Both the position numbers and the translations under genes were made by a program. A stretch of 64,000 nucleotides of DNA, taken from sequence record MW748999.1. One strand, 5' to 3'. Every line of letters starts with the position of its first letter. Position 1 is the stretch's first letter. The notes below the pieces were generated by a model that made no database searches, was not told where the DNA came from, and was given only the letters and a program-made list of their open reading frames with translations. The stretch comes from Escherichia phage vB_EcoM_Skers. Positions 1-7,744 of this stretch are shown one piece after another.

Positions 1-497
1 CGCATACCACGCCAGATAGCACATAAACGGTCTTCTGTTTCATTGGTTGGCGTAAAGTCTTCTACCCACGGGTGCTTAAATGTATGTGCATATTTGCTCT
101 TAACTCGCTTAATTTTGATTTCACCGTGTGGATGAATCGGTTTGCGTCGCCACGCCATACCATACATATTGCCGACATTATAACCATTGAATCGCAAGGG
201 ATTCTTTTCTTTCATATCAAGACAGTTGCCGCGCCAAATATCAAAGGCTTCCTCGTCAAACTTGCCGCGTGTAATTTCCTGTAAGCGACGGCGGTCAAGT
301 GATCCCTCCATAAACCATAGCAATTCGCCAATTACAGAGGCTGTAGCCATCTTTTTAGTGGTCAGTAAGGGGAAACCCTTGCTTAAATCAATTCGCATCT
401 CTGCGCCGAATTTAGAGAGCGTACCTACCCCCGTTCGGTCGTCACGAGGCCAACCATTATCAAGAACATCACGCAATAGTTTCAAATATTCTTTCAT
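1..497 (-). CDS. td: thymidylate synthase, N-terminal part (gene continues beyond window start)
   Basis: Minus-strand frame from ATG at 497 is open to position 1; N-terminus MKEYLKLLRDVLDNGWPRDDRTGVGTLSKFGAEMRIDL matches the ThyA/Td N-terminus; SD AAGGTGA upstream. Confidence 0.85.
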   Translation of the reverse strand, partial: MKEYLKLLRDVLDNGWPRDDRTGVGTLSKFGAEMRIDLSKGFPLLTTKKMATASVIGELLWFMEGSLDRRRLQEITRGKFDEEAFDIWRGNCLDMKEKNPLRFNGYNVGNMYGMAWRRKPIHPHGEIKIKRVKSKYAHTFKHPWVEDFTPTNETEDRLCAIWRGM

Positions 498-738
498 CCC
501 ACATCACCTTTTTCTTATTGATTGCTTTCTTACGCAGTTTTGCTACTGTCTCGTCAATGTCTATAAAGATAACACCACGGTCGAATACAGTAACAGGTCT
601 TGAAATGTCGCTATTTTCCTGTACTGGAAGCCATGACGCTTGAGCTTCATCATAGAGATATTGTAAACCGTAATAATCTACGGCTACTGCGTAGTTTTCA
701 CTGGTAGCTGACCATAATTGAATAATACCGACTTTCAT
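469..738 (-). CDS. hypothetical small protein between frd and td (start uncertain; track ORF 469..765 begins with GTG)
   Basis: ORF track; no recognisable motif; internal ATG at 738 has only a weak SD. Confidence 0.35.
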   Translation of the reverse strand: MKVGIIQLWSATSENYAVAVDYYGLQYLYDEAQASWLPVQENSDISRPVTVFDRGVIFIDIDETVAKLRKKAINKKKVMWDERIFETIA

Positions 739-831
739 TATTGTTCCCGTCCGCAATGTAAACACCGACTACCAGCAAACATCAAAGATTCACCACAATG
801 TTTGCACTCATAATCTGTCAGAATTTTCATG

Positions 832-1401
832 TTACGCCTTCTTACGTTCTAAAATTTGTTCGCTGATCAGGTAATCATCAAGGAAGTAATTATGTTCTTC
901 TTTTGTTGCAAAGTCAAAATATAATTCCTGAATCATTTCCTTAGAGATACCAACATCATATTCGAACGGATCATTAATTCCTGCTCGTTGAACATACGTT
1001 AATACAATACGGTCCGCAAAGTCAACCGCTTTTTCAATCAGGGAAGGTCCGCCGATAACACTTACCAAACCTTGCGTTTTCTCTAGGGCTTTTAACAGAT
1101 CCTTCAATTCAATTCCAGTATACACATCAGGTTGGTCGCCGTTTTTAGCTTTCGGTTCTGGCTTGTTGGTATCGGTGCTAACAACCACATTCAAACGTCC
1201 CCAAAGTGCTTTAGGCAGACTTTCAAAGGTATTGCGTCCCATTACTACCGCAGAAAAATCAACCTCACCAATAGTGCGGATTTGAAAGTTTTCCATATCT
1301 TTTTTGATTGGACGACCCCACGGTAAGCCACCTTTAAAACCAAAAGCCCAATTTTCATCCGACATTTTAGTGTTACCAATCGCAAATACACATTGAATCA
1401 T
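832..1401 (-). CDS. frd: dihydrofolate reductase
   Basis: DHFR motifs (GLPWG, VIGG) in track ORF 832..1419; start moved to ATG 1401 (MIQCVFAIG) which has SD AGGAG at proper spacing. Confidence 0.85.
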   Translation of the reverse strand: MIQCVFAIGNTKMSDENWAFGFKGGLPWGRPIKKDMENFQIRTIGEVDFSAVVMGRNTFESLPKALWGRLNVVVSTDTNKPEPKAKNGDQPDVYTGIELKDLLKALEKTQGLVSVIGGPSLIEKAVDFADRIVLTYVQRAGINDPFEYDVGISKEMIQELYFDFATKEEHNYFLDDYLISEQILERKKA

Positions 1402-1415
1402 AATATAATCTCCTG

Positions 1416-1745
1416 TCAAATCAGTTTAAAGAAGTTTTCGTTTACATTTTCTTCTGTGATCTCGGTTTTAAATTCATTACCATCATCGGGAGAAACATAA
1501 TAGCGTTCGGAATAATCACGCCACATTTTCAGTAAGCTGACACCAACATTAACACCGTTTTCCCAGAAACGGAATACAATTTTATGTGCGGTGTAACGAT
1601 AATCACTTTGAATTAAGCTGCCATCCCCGCGACGAGATTCATAAACCGTAATACAATCGCGGTTAGCGGCGTTAAGACATTCTTCAATAGTCCCGCATGA
1701 GACAATTTCGGTTGATTCGTCTACGATTTTTTCTACTGTCCACAT
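1416..1745 (-). CDS. hypothetical protein (109 aa)
   Basis: ORF track; preceded by promoter-leader cassette with SD GAGAGGA; no recognisable domain. Confidence 0.55.
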   Translation of the reverse strand: MWTVEKIVDESTEIVSCGTIEECLNAANRDCITVYESRRGDGSLIQSDYRYTAHKIVFRFWENGVNVGVSLLKMWRDYSERYYVSPDDGNEFKTEITEENVNENFFKLI

Positions 1746-1776
1746 AATATAATCCTCTCTTTGTTTCGATGTTTGT

Positions 1777-1804
1777 ATTATACACTGTTGCGTTACGCTG
1801 TCAA
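1777..1804 (-). promoter_or_regulatory. sigma70-type early promoter TTGACA-N16-TATAAT
   Basis: Minus strand reads GTTGACAGCGTAACGCAACAGTGTATAATACAAACATCGAAACAAAGAGAGGATTATATTATG; -35 at 1799-1804, -10 at 1777-1782. Confidence 0.7.
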
Positions 1805-2971
1805 CTCTTTTTCAAAAGATTTTACGATATACATGATAGTGCTCAATTCAGACGGCGCTACTGTCTCTGTCCAGCCATCCGGCATATCTTCTTTCGAGAT
1901 ATAGGAAGTTTTACCTTTCATCGCTTCCTTGATTTTGTTTTCTAATTCTAAGATCTTTTGACCATCTTGTAAAGTCAATTCATAAAAGATCTCGTGATCG
2001 AACTTTGAAACACGAGATTGGTTTCTCATGCGCTCATGTGTTTCTTTGTTTGTTATTCCAAATTTCACGCCAACAAAGGAATCATTGTTGGTTAATTTCT
2101 GTATATAAAGAGTTCCTGTCTTTAATGCCTGATAACCATGCTTAGAACACAACGGGCAGCGTGTTCCGCGATTAACAAAATTATCAATAGTTACAACCCA
2201 TTCATGGTTACGTTCGCATGTCAGAAGTATTCTTGTTAATGCACCTTTCCACTTTCCTGAAATCCCAATAAATTTTAGTCTGTTGGTTTCGCATATTTTT
2301 TCAATTTGTTTTAATCGGTCACTTTTTGTTATTGGTGCTGTTCCGCTACATTTGTGACACCGACGACCTAGTTTGAACTTATCATAACTTTGTTCGTAAA
2401 TGTGATTATTAGGACACTCAAATTTAAGTTTAGTTTTTGTTCCTTTCCATTCCCCAATTATACCCAAAAATTTATAATCTCCTTTATTTTCATTTATATA
2501 AGATAAGGAATCTTCTTTATCATACATCTTGCCACCGTTACATAAAGGACATCTTGTTTTTTGATGAATGAAATCTGTATATGTTGGTTGGTATGTGTGT
2601 CCGTTTGCACAGTTCATAATGAGTCTTGTTCTGCTATTTTTATACTCCCCACCAACAAAACCAACAAATACATCGTTTGTTTCTTGTTTTATTCTTTCTA
2701 TCACATGGTTTAGGTTTAATCTTTGAGAATCAACCACACATTTCTTACACGAAACTTTTTTCCTGATATTTGCTAGAGTTGATGTGTATTCATGCTTGTT
2801 ATTACATAATATAAGAGCTTTTGTTTTGAGACCAGACCATTCTCCAACAAACCCCATGAAAGAATAACCAACTTCCAAACATGAATTTTTTACAACATTT
2901 TCCCAATAGAAGGGAGTTTTCGTGTTTCCTTTTATTTCTATACGAATCTCATGTGCTTGACGTACTAACAT
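1793..2971 (-). CDS. putative GIY-YIG (T5orf172-like) nuclease with four N-terminal zinc-ribbon repeats; possible selfish/homing gene
   Basis: Four repeats of FVGEW.G.KTK...C...H.Y...C.xC; C-terminal GTLYIQKLTNNDSFVGVKFGITNKETHERMRNQ resembles the GIY-YIG core of I-TevI; start set at second ATG (2971) which has SD AAGGAGG, track start 3010. Confidence 0.55.
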   Translation of the reverse strand: MLVRQAHEIRIEIKGNTKTPFYWENVVKNSCLEVGYSFMGFVGEWSGLKTKALILCNNKHEYTSTLANIRKKVSCKKCVVDSQRLNLNHVIERIKQETNDVFVGFVGGEYKNSRTRLIMNCANGHTYQPTYTDFIHQKTRCPLCNGGKMYDKEDSLSYINENKGDYKFLGIIGEWKGTKTKLKFECPNNHIYEQSYDKFKLGRRCHKCSGTAPITKSDRLKQIEKICETNRLKFIGISGKWKGALTRILLTCERNHEWVVTIDNFVNRGTRCPLCSKHGYQALKTGTLYIQKLTNNDSFVGVKFGITNKETHERMRNQSRVSKFDHEIFYELTLQDGQKILELENKIKEAMKGKTSYISKEDMPDGWTETVAPSELSTIMYIVKSFEKELTA

Positions 2972-3001
2972 AATTTTATCCTCCTTTGTTTCGATGTTTG
3001 T

Positions 3002-3029
3002 ATTATACATCCTAACATCAGCATGTCAA
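3002..3029 (-). promoter_or_regulatory. sigma70-type early promoter TTGACA-N16-TATAAT (second copy of the 1777-1804 cassette)
   Basis: Minus strand GTTGACATGCTGATGTTAGGATGTATAATACAAACATCGAAACAAAGGAGGATAAAATTATG; shares about 33 bp with the 1746-1790 cassette. Confidence 0.7.
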
Positions 3030-3051
3030 CACCTTTTTCATAAAAATTTAG

Positions 3052-3081
3052 GCAATAAAAAAGCCTCCCCGAAGGGAGGCT
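3052..3081 (-). terminator. rho-independent terminator downstream of gene 32
   Basis: Minus-strand RNA AGCCUCCC-UUCG-GGGAGGCU followed by UUUUUUAUU; 8-bp GC-rich stem with UUCG tetraloop. Confidence 0.8.
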
Positions 3082-3091
3082 GTAAAATTCA

Positions 3092-4066
3092 TTACATCGC
3101 TAACAGAGAATCCAGGTCATCCAGATCAGAAGCGGAGGAAGTACCGCCACCCAGATCCAGAGATGCCATCAGGTCATCAGCGGAAGAATCTAACGCCGTG
3201 CTAGCTGCGTTAATACCAACTACAGTGCTAGCTGCGGTCATACCAGAATCGAATGCATTCATCTGTGCGTCAAAATCGTCAAGCTGGCTGTTAATCGCTG
3301 CCGCAGCACTGGAAGCCGCAGCACCAGCTACCATAGAAACGCCCATAGTTTTCTTAAATTTGGTTTCCAGTTCATCGAACGGTTTAAACTGGCTAGGCGC
3401 TACAATCTCACTCAGATCAACCATGTTTTCCATCAGATATTTCTGATATGCTTCGTCTTCAATTTTCGGAAGCTGTGATTGCTGCATGAAACGAGAATCA
3501 TCATAGTTCTGGTGTTTATCAACCTTCTTAGCTTTCAGGAGGAAGTTAGCACCAGAGAACACACAAGTTACATCGACCGGAACTTCGCCCATATCGGTAT
3601 TCACGTTCACCATTGCAACGATCTTATCATAAATTTTCTGACCGAAGCGGAATTTGAATACCTTACCTTCATTTTCTGGTGCTTGAGGATCTTTCAGTAC
3701 CAGAATGTTTGCGTAGTAAGACGCTTTACGCTTAATCAGTTGCCATTCGGTTTTATCGGTATTGTACAAGTCTTTTTCGTTAATATATTTGCACACAGGG
3801 CAAGAATCAAAATCACCGTGGGTGCTGGAGCAGTTTTCCCAATACCATTTGCCATTAACTTTGAAGGAATGGTTTACCAGTTTCACAATCGGCAGACCGT
3901 CTTCTGTCTTAGACGGCAGGAAGCGAATCAGGGCTTCACCGTTACCTGCTGCATCAGTCTTAATCTTCCACTCTTTCGGATCTTCTTTGGAGAAACCGTT
4001 GCCACCTTTCAGTGCGGCCAGTTGAGCTTGCAATTTGGAGCTATCTTGACGACGAAACATGTTCAT
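3092..4066 (-). CDS. 32: single-stranded DNA-binding protein gp32
   Basis: Strong match to T4 gp32 by recall ([25 protein letters not shown], zinc site [10 protein letters not shown], acidic Ala/Ser/Asp-rich C-terminus); SD AAGAGG. Confidence 0.9.
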   Translation of the reverse strand: MNMFRRQDSSKLQAQLAALKGGNGFSKEDPKEWKIKTDAAGNGEALIRFLPSKTEDGLPIVKLVNHSFKVNGKWYWENCSSTHGDFDSCPVCKYINEKDLYNTDKTEWQLIKRKASYYANILVLKDPQAPENEGKVFKFRFGQKIYDKIVAMVNVNTDMGEVPVDVTCVFSGANFLLKAKKVDKHQNYDDSRFMQQSQLPKIEDEAYQKYLMENMVDLSEIVAPSQFKPFDELETKFKKTMGVSMVAGAAASSAAAAINSQLDDFDAQMNAFDSGMTAASTVVGINAASTALDSSADDLMASLDLGGGTSSASDLDDLDSLLAM

Positions 4067-4112
4067 AATTATACCTCTTTATACATTAACTATTGATTAA
4101 TTTACGTTTTAT

Positions 4113-4141
4113 ACTATATCAGATACTTAATTGCTTGTCAA
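4113..4141 (-). promoter_or_regulatory. sigma70-type promoter for gene 32 embedded in the 3' end of the upstream HNH gene
   Basis: Minus strand TTGACAAGCAATTAAGTATCTGATATAGT (TTGACA-N17-TATAGT), followed by a 46-nt AT-rich leader and SD AAGAGG. Confidence 0.6.
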
Positions 4142-4723
4142 TACTTTATCAATTATATCTAACAGTTTTGGCTTTCTATTTTCAAATTCTAACATCTCTT
4201 CGGGAGAAATGTCAACTACTTCTGTTTTGTTGAAAAAGTTTGGGTCTATAGCATCAGCAACAAAGTTTCTCGCAAGTGCTGCCGCTTTCTCATGAACATA
4301 TATTCCCAAATATATCAACTTCTTTCTTTCGACCTGAATATTGGCAACATATTTACCATCTCGTTTATAAAGACTAACACCGATATATTCAGACGATCGA
4401 CCTTTCTGTTTACCCATATTTCTTGAGTTTTGTTGCTCGTTCGCATCTCTCAAGTTTTCAATCCGATTATCTGTTATAATTCGGTTAACATGGTCAACGT
4501 ATTTTGGCATGTATCCATGATGCATAAAGAAAATTATTCTATGCTCTTTATGATGTTTACCATCGATACACACCAATCTGTATCCATGACTAGGATTAAC
4601 TCCACCCGCTCTAGATCCGACTTTATGCTTTCGGTTTGTCGATATCTTGCGAATCAGCTTACCGTTATCATATTTAAAGAGTTCATGACAACGAGCATAC
4701 AATTCAGGATCATATGTTTTCAC
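4127..4723 (-). CDS. free-standing HNH homing endonuclease with AP2 DNA-binding domain
   Basis: HNH_3-like HGYRLVCIDGKHHKEHRIIFFMHHG...VDHVNRIITDNRIENL followed by AP2-like SEYIGVSLYKRDGKYVANIQVERKKLIYLGIY; sits between 59 and 32 where T4 carries segG. Confidence 0.75.
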   Translation of the reverse strand: MKTYDPELYARCHELFKYDNGKLIRKISTNRKHKVGSRAGGVNPSHGYRLVCIDGKHHKEHRIIFFMHHGYMPKYVDHVNRIITDNRIENLRDANEQQNSRNMGKQKGRSSEYIGVSLYKRDGKYVANIQVERKKLIYLGIYVHEKAAALARNFVADAIDPNFFNKTEVVDISPEEMLEFENRKPKLLDIIDKVLTSN

Positions 4724-5387
4724 CTTTTAACCTCGATATTTCTTTACACTCTTTAACTACTTTAACAAATAATGCTCTTGCTTTTGCGGCGTCAATAACA
4801 AGTAGTTTCTTGTACGCCTTCATTTTAACACTATAAGTTTGCCAAATCAAGTCTTTGGCTACCTTGTCGTGTTCGTCGATTATATTTAGAAAGCTATCTA
4901 ACAACATAAACGACTCAAACGATATAATCCGATTTTGCAGTAGTTTAAAAATACCGCTTGTTTCGGTTGCGGGATTATATGTAATTAGCTCTTTAAGAGT
5001 AACCCCGCGTTTCTCGGAGAAGTATACCAGACTTTTAATGTCATCGTCAAATCTTGTTGCTGCATCGGTTATCTTTCCTATGTATTCCATATAAAAGCCG
5101 TATGCGTCAACATCAGTGATTTCACCTACCCATGCATCGGTATTGGCTACCAGATTGCTTAGGAATAGGAAGTATAATTCTCTTAGATTGTATTTTTCCG
5201 CTAATTTCGCGAAATAATACTTATCTCTGCGTTTATTGAATGCGGCATCAGATAACCGCATCCTCCAATTATATTTTACGCAATCATAACGCCCGTTCAT
5301 ATGAGCTTTCATCATGCAATATAACATATACACAGATTTAGCATTAATTCGCATATCTGGATCTGGAGGAAGACGGTTTCTGATCAT
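4710..5387 (-). CDS. 59: helicase loader gp59
   Basis: Near-colinear match to T4 gp59 by recall (GKSVYMLYCMMKAHMNGRYD, KYNWRMRLSDAAFNKRRDKY, IISFESFMLLDSFLNIIDEHD). Confidence 0.9.
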   Translation of the reverse strand: MIRNRLPPDPDMRINAKSVYMLYCMMKAHMNGRYDCVKYNWRMRLSDAAFNKRRDKYYFAKLAEKYNLRELYFLFLSNLVANTDAWVGEITDVDAYGFYMEYIGKITDAATRFDDDIKSLVYFSEKRGVTLKELITYNPATETSGIFKLLQNRIISFESFMLLDSFLNIIDEHDKVAKDLIWQTYSVKMKAYKKLLVIDAAKARALFVKVVKECKEISRLKGENI

Positions 5388-5396
5388 ACATACCCC

Positions 5397-5651
5397 TTAA
5401 ATATCGAGAGTGTTGGTCGGTTCGTCGATCACTCCCTTCCTGAGTGTTCTATTTACTATACATTCTTGTGTGATCTTGTCAATAATGGACACCGGAATAT
5501 ACTTCTGATAGTGACCATATTCTATAGAGTTTTCCTCTACAAACTGAGTGGTCGCTTCAAGATAAGTCAATCCCTCTTCAACAACCAGTTTTTCGATTGC
5601 AAGACCGTTTGCTGTTTTGTTCGCGGCTTTTACCGCATGTTCATTAAGCAT
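5397..5651 (-). CDS. 33: late transcription co-activator gp33
   Basis: LTYLEATTQFVEENSIEYGHYQKYIP resembles T4 gp33; T4 position between dsbA and 59; start set at ATG 5651 overlapping the dsbA stop (track start 5666). Confidence 0.55.
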   Translation of the reverse strand: MLNEHAVKAANKTANGLAIEKLVVEEGLTYLEATTQFVEENSIEYGHYQKYIPVSIIDKITQECIVNRTLRKGVIDEPTNTLDI

Positions 5652-5919
5652 TGAACACCCGATCATAGAGTTCTACCGCTTCATCGCGTTCTGCTTCGAA
5701 GGTTTCGCGCTGTTGCTGGTGATACAGTTTAAACAGAATGCCCCACATTTTACCATCTACGCCTAATTCTTCTTTAGCACGCTGTTTGATCTCTTTGATC
5801 TTATCGCCATATGCTTCTTGAATGGTTTTCTGATCGCTGGCTTCTTTAATCAGTTGTGCCAGGGTATTTCCGTGTACATTTTCATCGAATACTACTTTTT
5901 CTTTTTTCTGTTCAGTCAT
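5644..5919 (-). CDS. dsbA: dsDNA-binding protein DsbA (late transcription enhancer)
   Basis: 91-aa basic protein at the T4 dsbA position; resembles T4 DsbA by recall (LIKEASD...ELGVDGKM...FEAE..VELYD.VF). Confidence 0.55.
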   Translation of the reverse strand: MTEQKKEKVVFDENVHGNTLAQLIKEASDQKTIQEAYGDKIKEIKQRAKEELGVDGKMWGILFKLYHQQQRETFEAERDEAVELYDRVFNA

Positions 5920-5924
5920 AATAT

Positions 5925-6524
5925 TTAACCCTCTTTCGTCATTAATTGAAAACCACGTTCAGCTTTTGAAATTTCGCTAGGACTTAAATCGTCACCAACA
6001 TATCCTAGCATCATTTCTCGGATAATGTCAAGTGCTTTTTCATCACCTGATTTTAACTCGAACTCAAGTTCATAATTCGCGCTTGTGTTGATATATCTAC
6101 CTATTCCTGCATAATTAAATGCATCGGTGCATATTTCAACTACGCCTATACCAGTATCAATTGTTCGAGCTACTCTAGCTGTCATAACATAAAATTGCGG
6201 TCTAAGTTGTGTTAAGTTAACACCCAAACAATTAACAAATTCAGAAAAATCTTGATAACTACAAAACACTATTTCTTCTCGGTTAAATAAACCGCTTTCG
6301 TGACTTCCATGTTTTATTAGAAATTTATTTGTCTTTTTGTCAAGACGTGCATACACTCCCTGTTTATGTAAAATATATTCTTCGTCATCATAATACGATT
6401 CTAGCTTATTATAGATTTTTCTGTCTACAATACTATAACAATCATATAACTTAGAACATGCGTCAAAAATAGACTTAAGCCCTTTGTTTGACCTTGCATA
6501 GTATTTTAATTCAAGTTCTTTCAT
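5925..6524 (-). CDS. CYTH/triphosphate-tunnel-metalloenzyme-like protein (no T4 counterpart at this position)
   Basis: N-terminal ExExK motif (MKELELKYYAR) and C-terminal alternating-acidic strand YELEFELKSGDE typical of the CYTH fold; 199 aa; tightly coupled between rnh and dsbA. Confidence 0.5.
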   Translation of the reverse strand: MKELELKYYARSNKGLKSIFDACSKLYDCYSIVDRKIYNKLESYYDDEEYILHKQGVYARLDKKTNKFLIKHGSHESGLFNREEIVFCSYQDFSEFVNCLGVNLTQLRPQFYVMTARVARTIDTGIGVVEICTDAFNYAGIGRYINTSANYELEFELKSGDEKALDIIREMMLGYVGDDLSPSEISKAERGFQLMTKEG

Positions 6525-6534
6525 ATGTCAACCC

Positions 6535-7482
6535 TTAGAACTCACCAATTTTCTGCAACATTTTAACTAACGCATTTGTTACAAAATAGTTATAAATCTT
6601 ACCGCGTGGTGCTGGTTTAGATTTCTCCCATGACTCCAGGATCTGATTCTGGATATTGTCTGGGATCTCGTCAAAGTCAATCAACTGACGGTTTTCATCA
6701 AATCGACGTGCTTCTTCCTCTGTCATCAAAGACTTTGGATCTTCGGCATCGAAAATTTGCTCTAACCATTTGGTTGCAATTGGTTTAGCTCGTTCTCCTT
6801 CCAGTCGTGAGATAATGAAATCACTACGGCACTTGATCGAAGCTACACCGTCTTTTGCGTCACCCTTAACACATTTTACCATAAGGTCTTTGTAAGGGCT
6901 ACCATATTTGCATTTCTTCCATGCTTTCTGTACTGGCGCCCACTGTTTCACGTTTTTGTATTTGTGCAACTGTGTGTAGTCACCATCGCCGGAGTTGATT
7001 AGCACCTGGCGACCTTCTACAGAAAACTTTTTAGTTAACACAGCGATTATATCATCCGCTTCAACTTTGTCAACCTTAATAACGTGATAAGGCATGTTCT
7101 CTTTAAACTCTTCGGTGATCTTATTGATCGCAGCAAAGATCATCTCCCAATCACGCGGATCTGCGTCTCGTTTTTCCTTACGGTTGCGTTTATAGTAAGG
7201 GGCGATATCACGTCGCCAGTAACCTTTGCTTGAATCAAAGGCAAGTACCGTAATTGGGTATTGCTCTTTGAATTTTGTCATATTATAACGCATGGTGTCA
7301 AGAATAAGATGACGGATCATGCCTTCACTAATAGGGTCTTCCGGTTTAAAGGTATGCGAGATAGTAGCAATCATAAGCTGCGACATATCAATCAAATGCA
7401 CACCTTCCGGCAGTTTATCTTCTGGAGCATCGAAGAAATCATTAAGTGTAGCGGTAGTTTTTGTAAACGGGTTATACGTCAT
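6535..7482 (-). CDS. rnh: RNase H (FEN-1-like 5'-3' exonuclease)
   Basis: Strong match to T4 RNase H by recall (GYWRRDIAPYYKRNR, VIKVDKVEADDIIAVL, GDGDYTQLHKYKNVKQW, RGKIYNYF). Confidence 0.9.
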   Translation of the reverse strand: MTYNPFTKTTATLNDFFDAPEDKLPEGVHLIDMSQLMIATISHTFKPEDPISEGMIRHLILDTMRYNMTKFKEQYPITVLAFDSSKGYWRRDIAPYYKRNRKEKRDADPRDWEMIFAAINKITEEFKENMPYHVIKVDKVEADDIIAVLTKKFSVEGRQVLINSGDGDYTQLHKYKNVKQWAPVQKAWKKCKYGSPYKDLMVKCVKGDAKDGVASIKCRSDFIISRLEGERAKPIATKWLEQIFDAEDPKSLMTEEEARRFDENRQLIDFDEIPDNIQNQILESWEKSKPAPRGKIYNYFVTNALVKMLQKIGEF

Positions 7483-7484
7483 AA

Positions 7485-7670
7485 TTAAGTTCTCTCCACT
7501 CTCACAACAACAGACTCATCAAACGAGCTAGATACTTCACGATCATACCCGTATTTCTCCATAACTCGCAGAATTGCATTGTTTAATTCGGCACGGAAAT
7601 AATTGTAATCCTTATCTGGGATTCTGTCAACTACCCATTTTGCACCATCTGACAAATCAAATTTAACCAT
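7485..7670 (-). CDS. hypothetical small protein upstream of rnh
   Basis: ORF track; SD AAGAGGA upstream; first gene of the minus-strand block divergent from gene 34. Confidence 0.5.
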   Translation of the reverse strand: MVKFDLSDGAKWVVDRIPDKDYNYFRAELNNAILRVMEKYGYDREVSSSFDESVVVRVERT

Positions 7671-7708
7671 AATATATCATCCTCTTTTGTTTCTATCAAG
7701 CCTTATTT

Positions 7709-7716
7709 TATAAATA
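7709..7716 (+). promoter_or_regulatory. T4-type late promoter TATAAATA for gene 34
   Basis: Exact TATAAATA 29 nt upstream of ATG 7745, followed by SD AAGGAG. Confidence 0.7.
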
Positions 7717-7744
7717 TGAACATACTATAAAAGGAGACCCAATA

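Noticed and set aside
1-497. Group I intron in td (and in nrdD at the other edge)
   Set aside because: Only the first ~165 codons of td and the last ~330 codons of nrdD are in the window, both continuous; T4-type intron insertion sites would lie outside, so this cannot be assessed.
187-603. Plus-strand ORFs (72..284, 187..603) antisense to td
   Set aside because: They lie inside the well-supported minus-strand thymidylate synthase frame, have no SD and no recognisable motif; judged to be antisense artefacts.
1793-3010. Track start codon at 3010 for the 405-aa ORF
   Set aside because: That ATG lies within the -10 element TATAAT of the upstream promoter and has no SD; the second ATG at 2971 has a perfect AAGGAGG SD.
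2994-4096. Plus-strand ORFs 2994..3446, 3479..4096 and 3762..4025 opposite gene 32
   Set aside because: They are antisense to the strongly supported gp32 ORF, and the Ala/Ser-rich translation mirrors the gp32 acidic tail codons.
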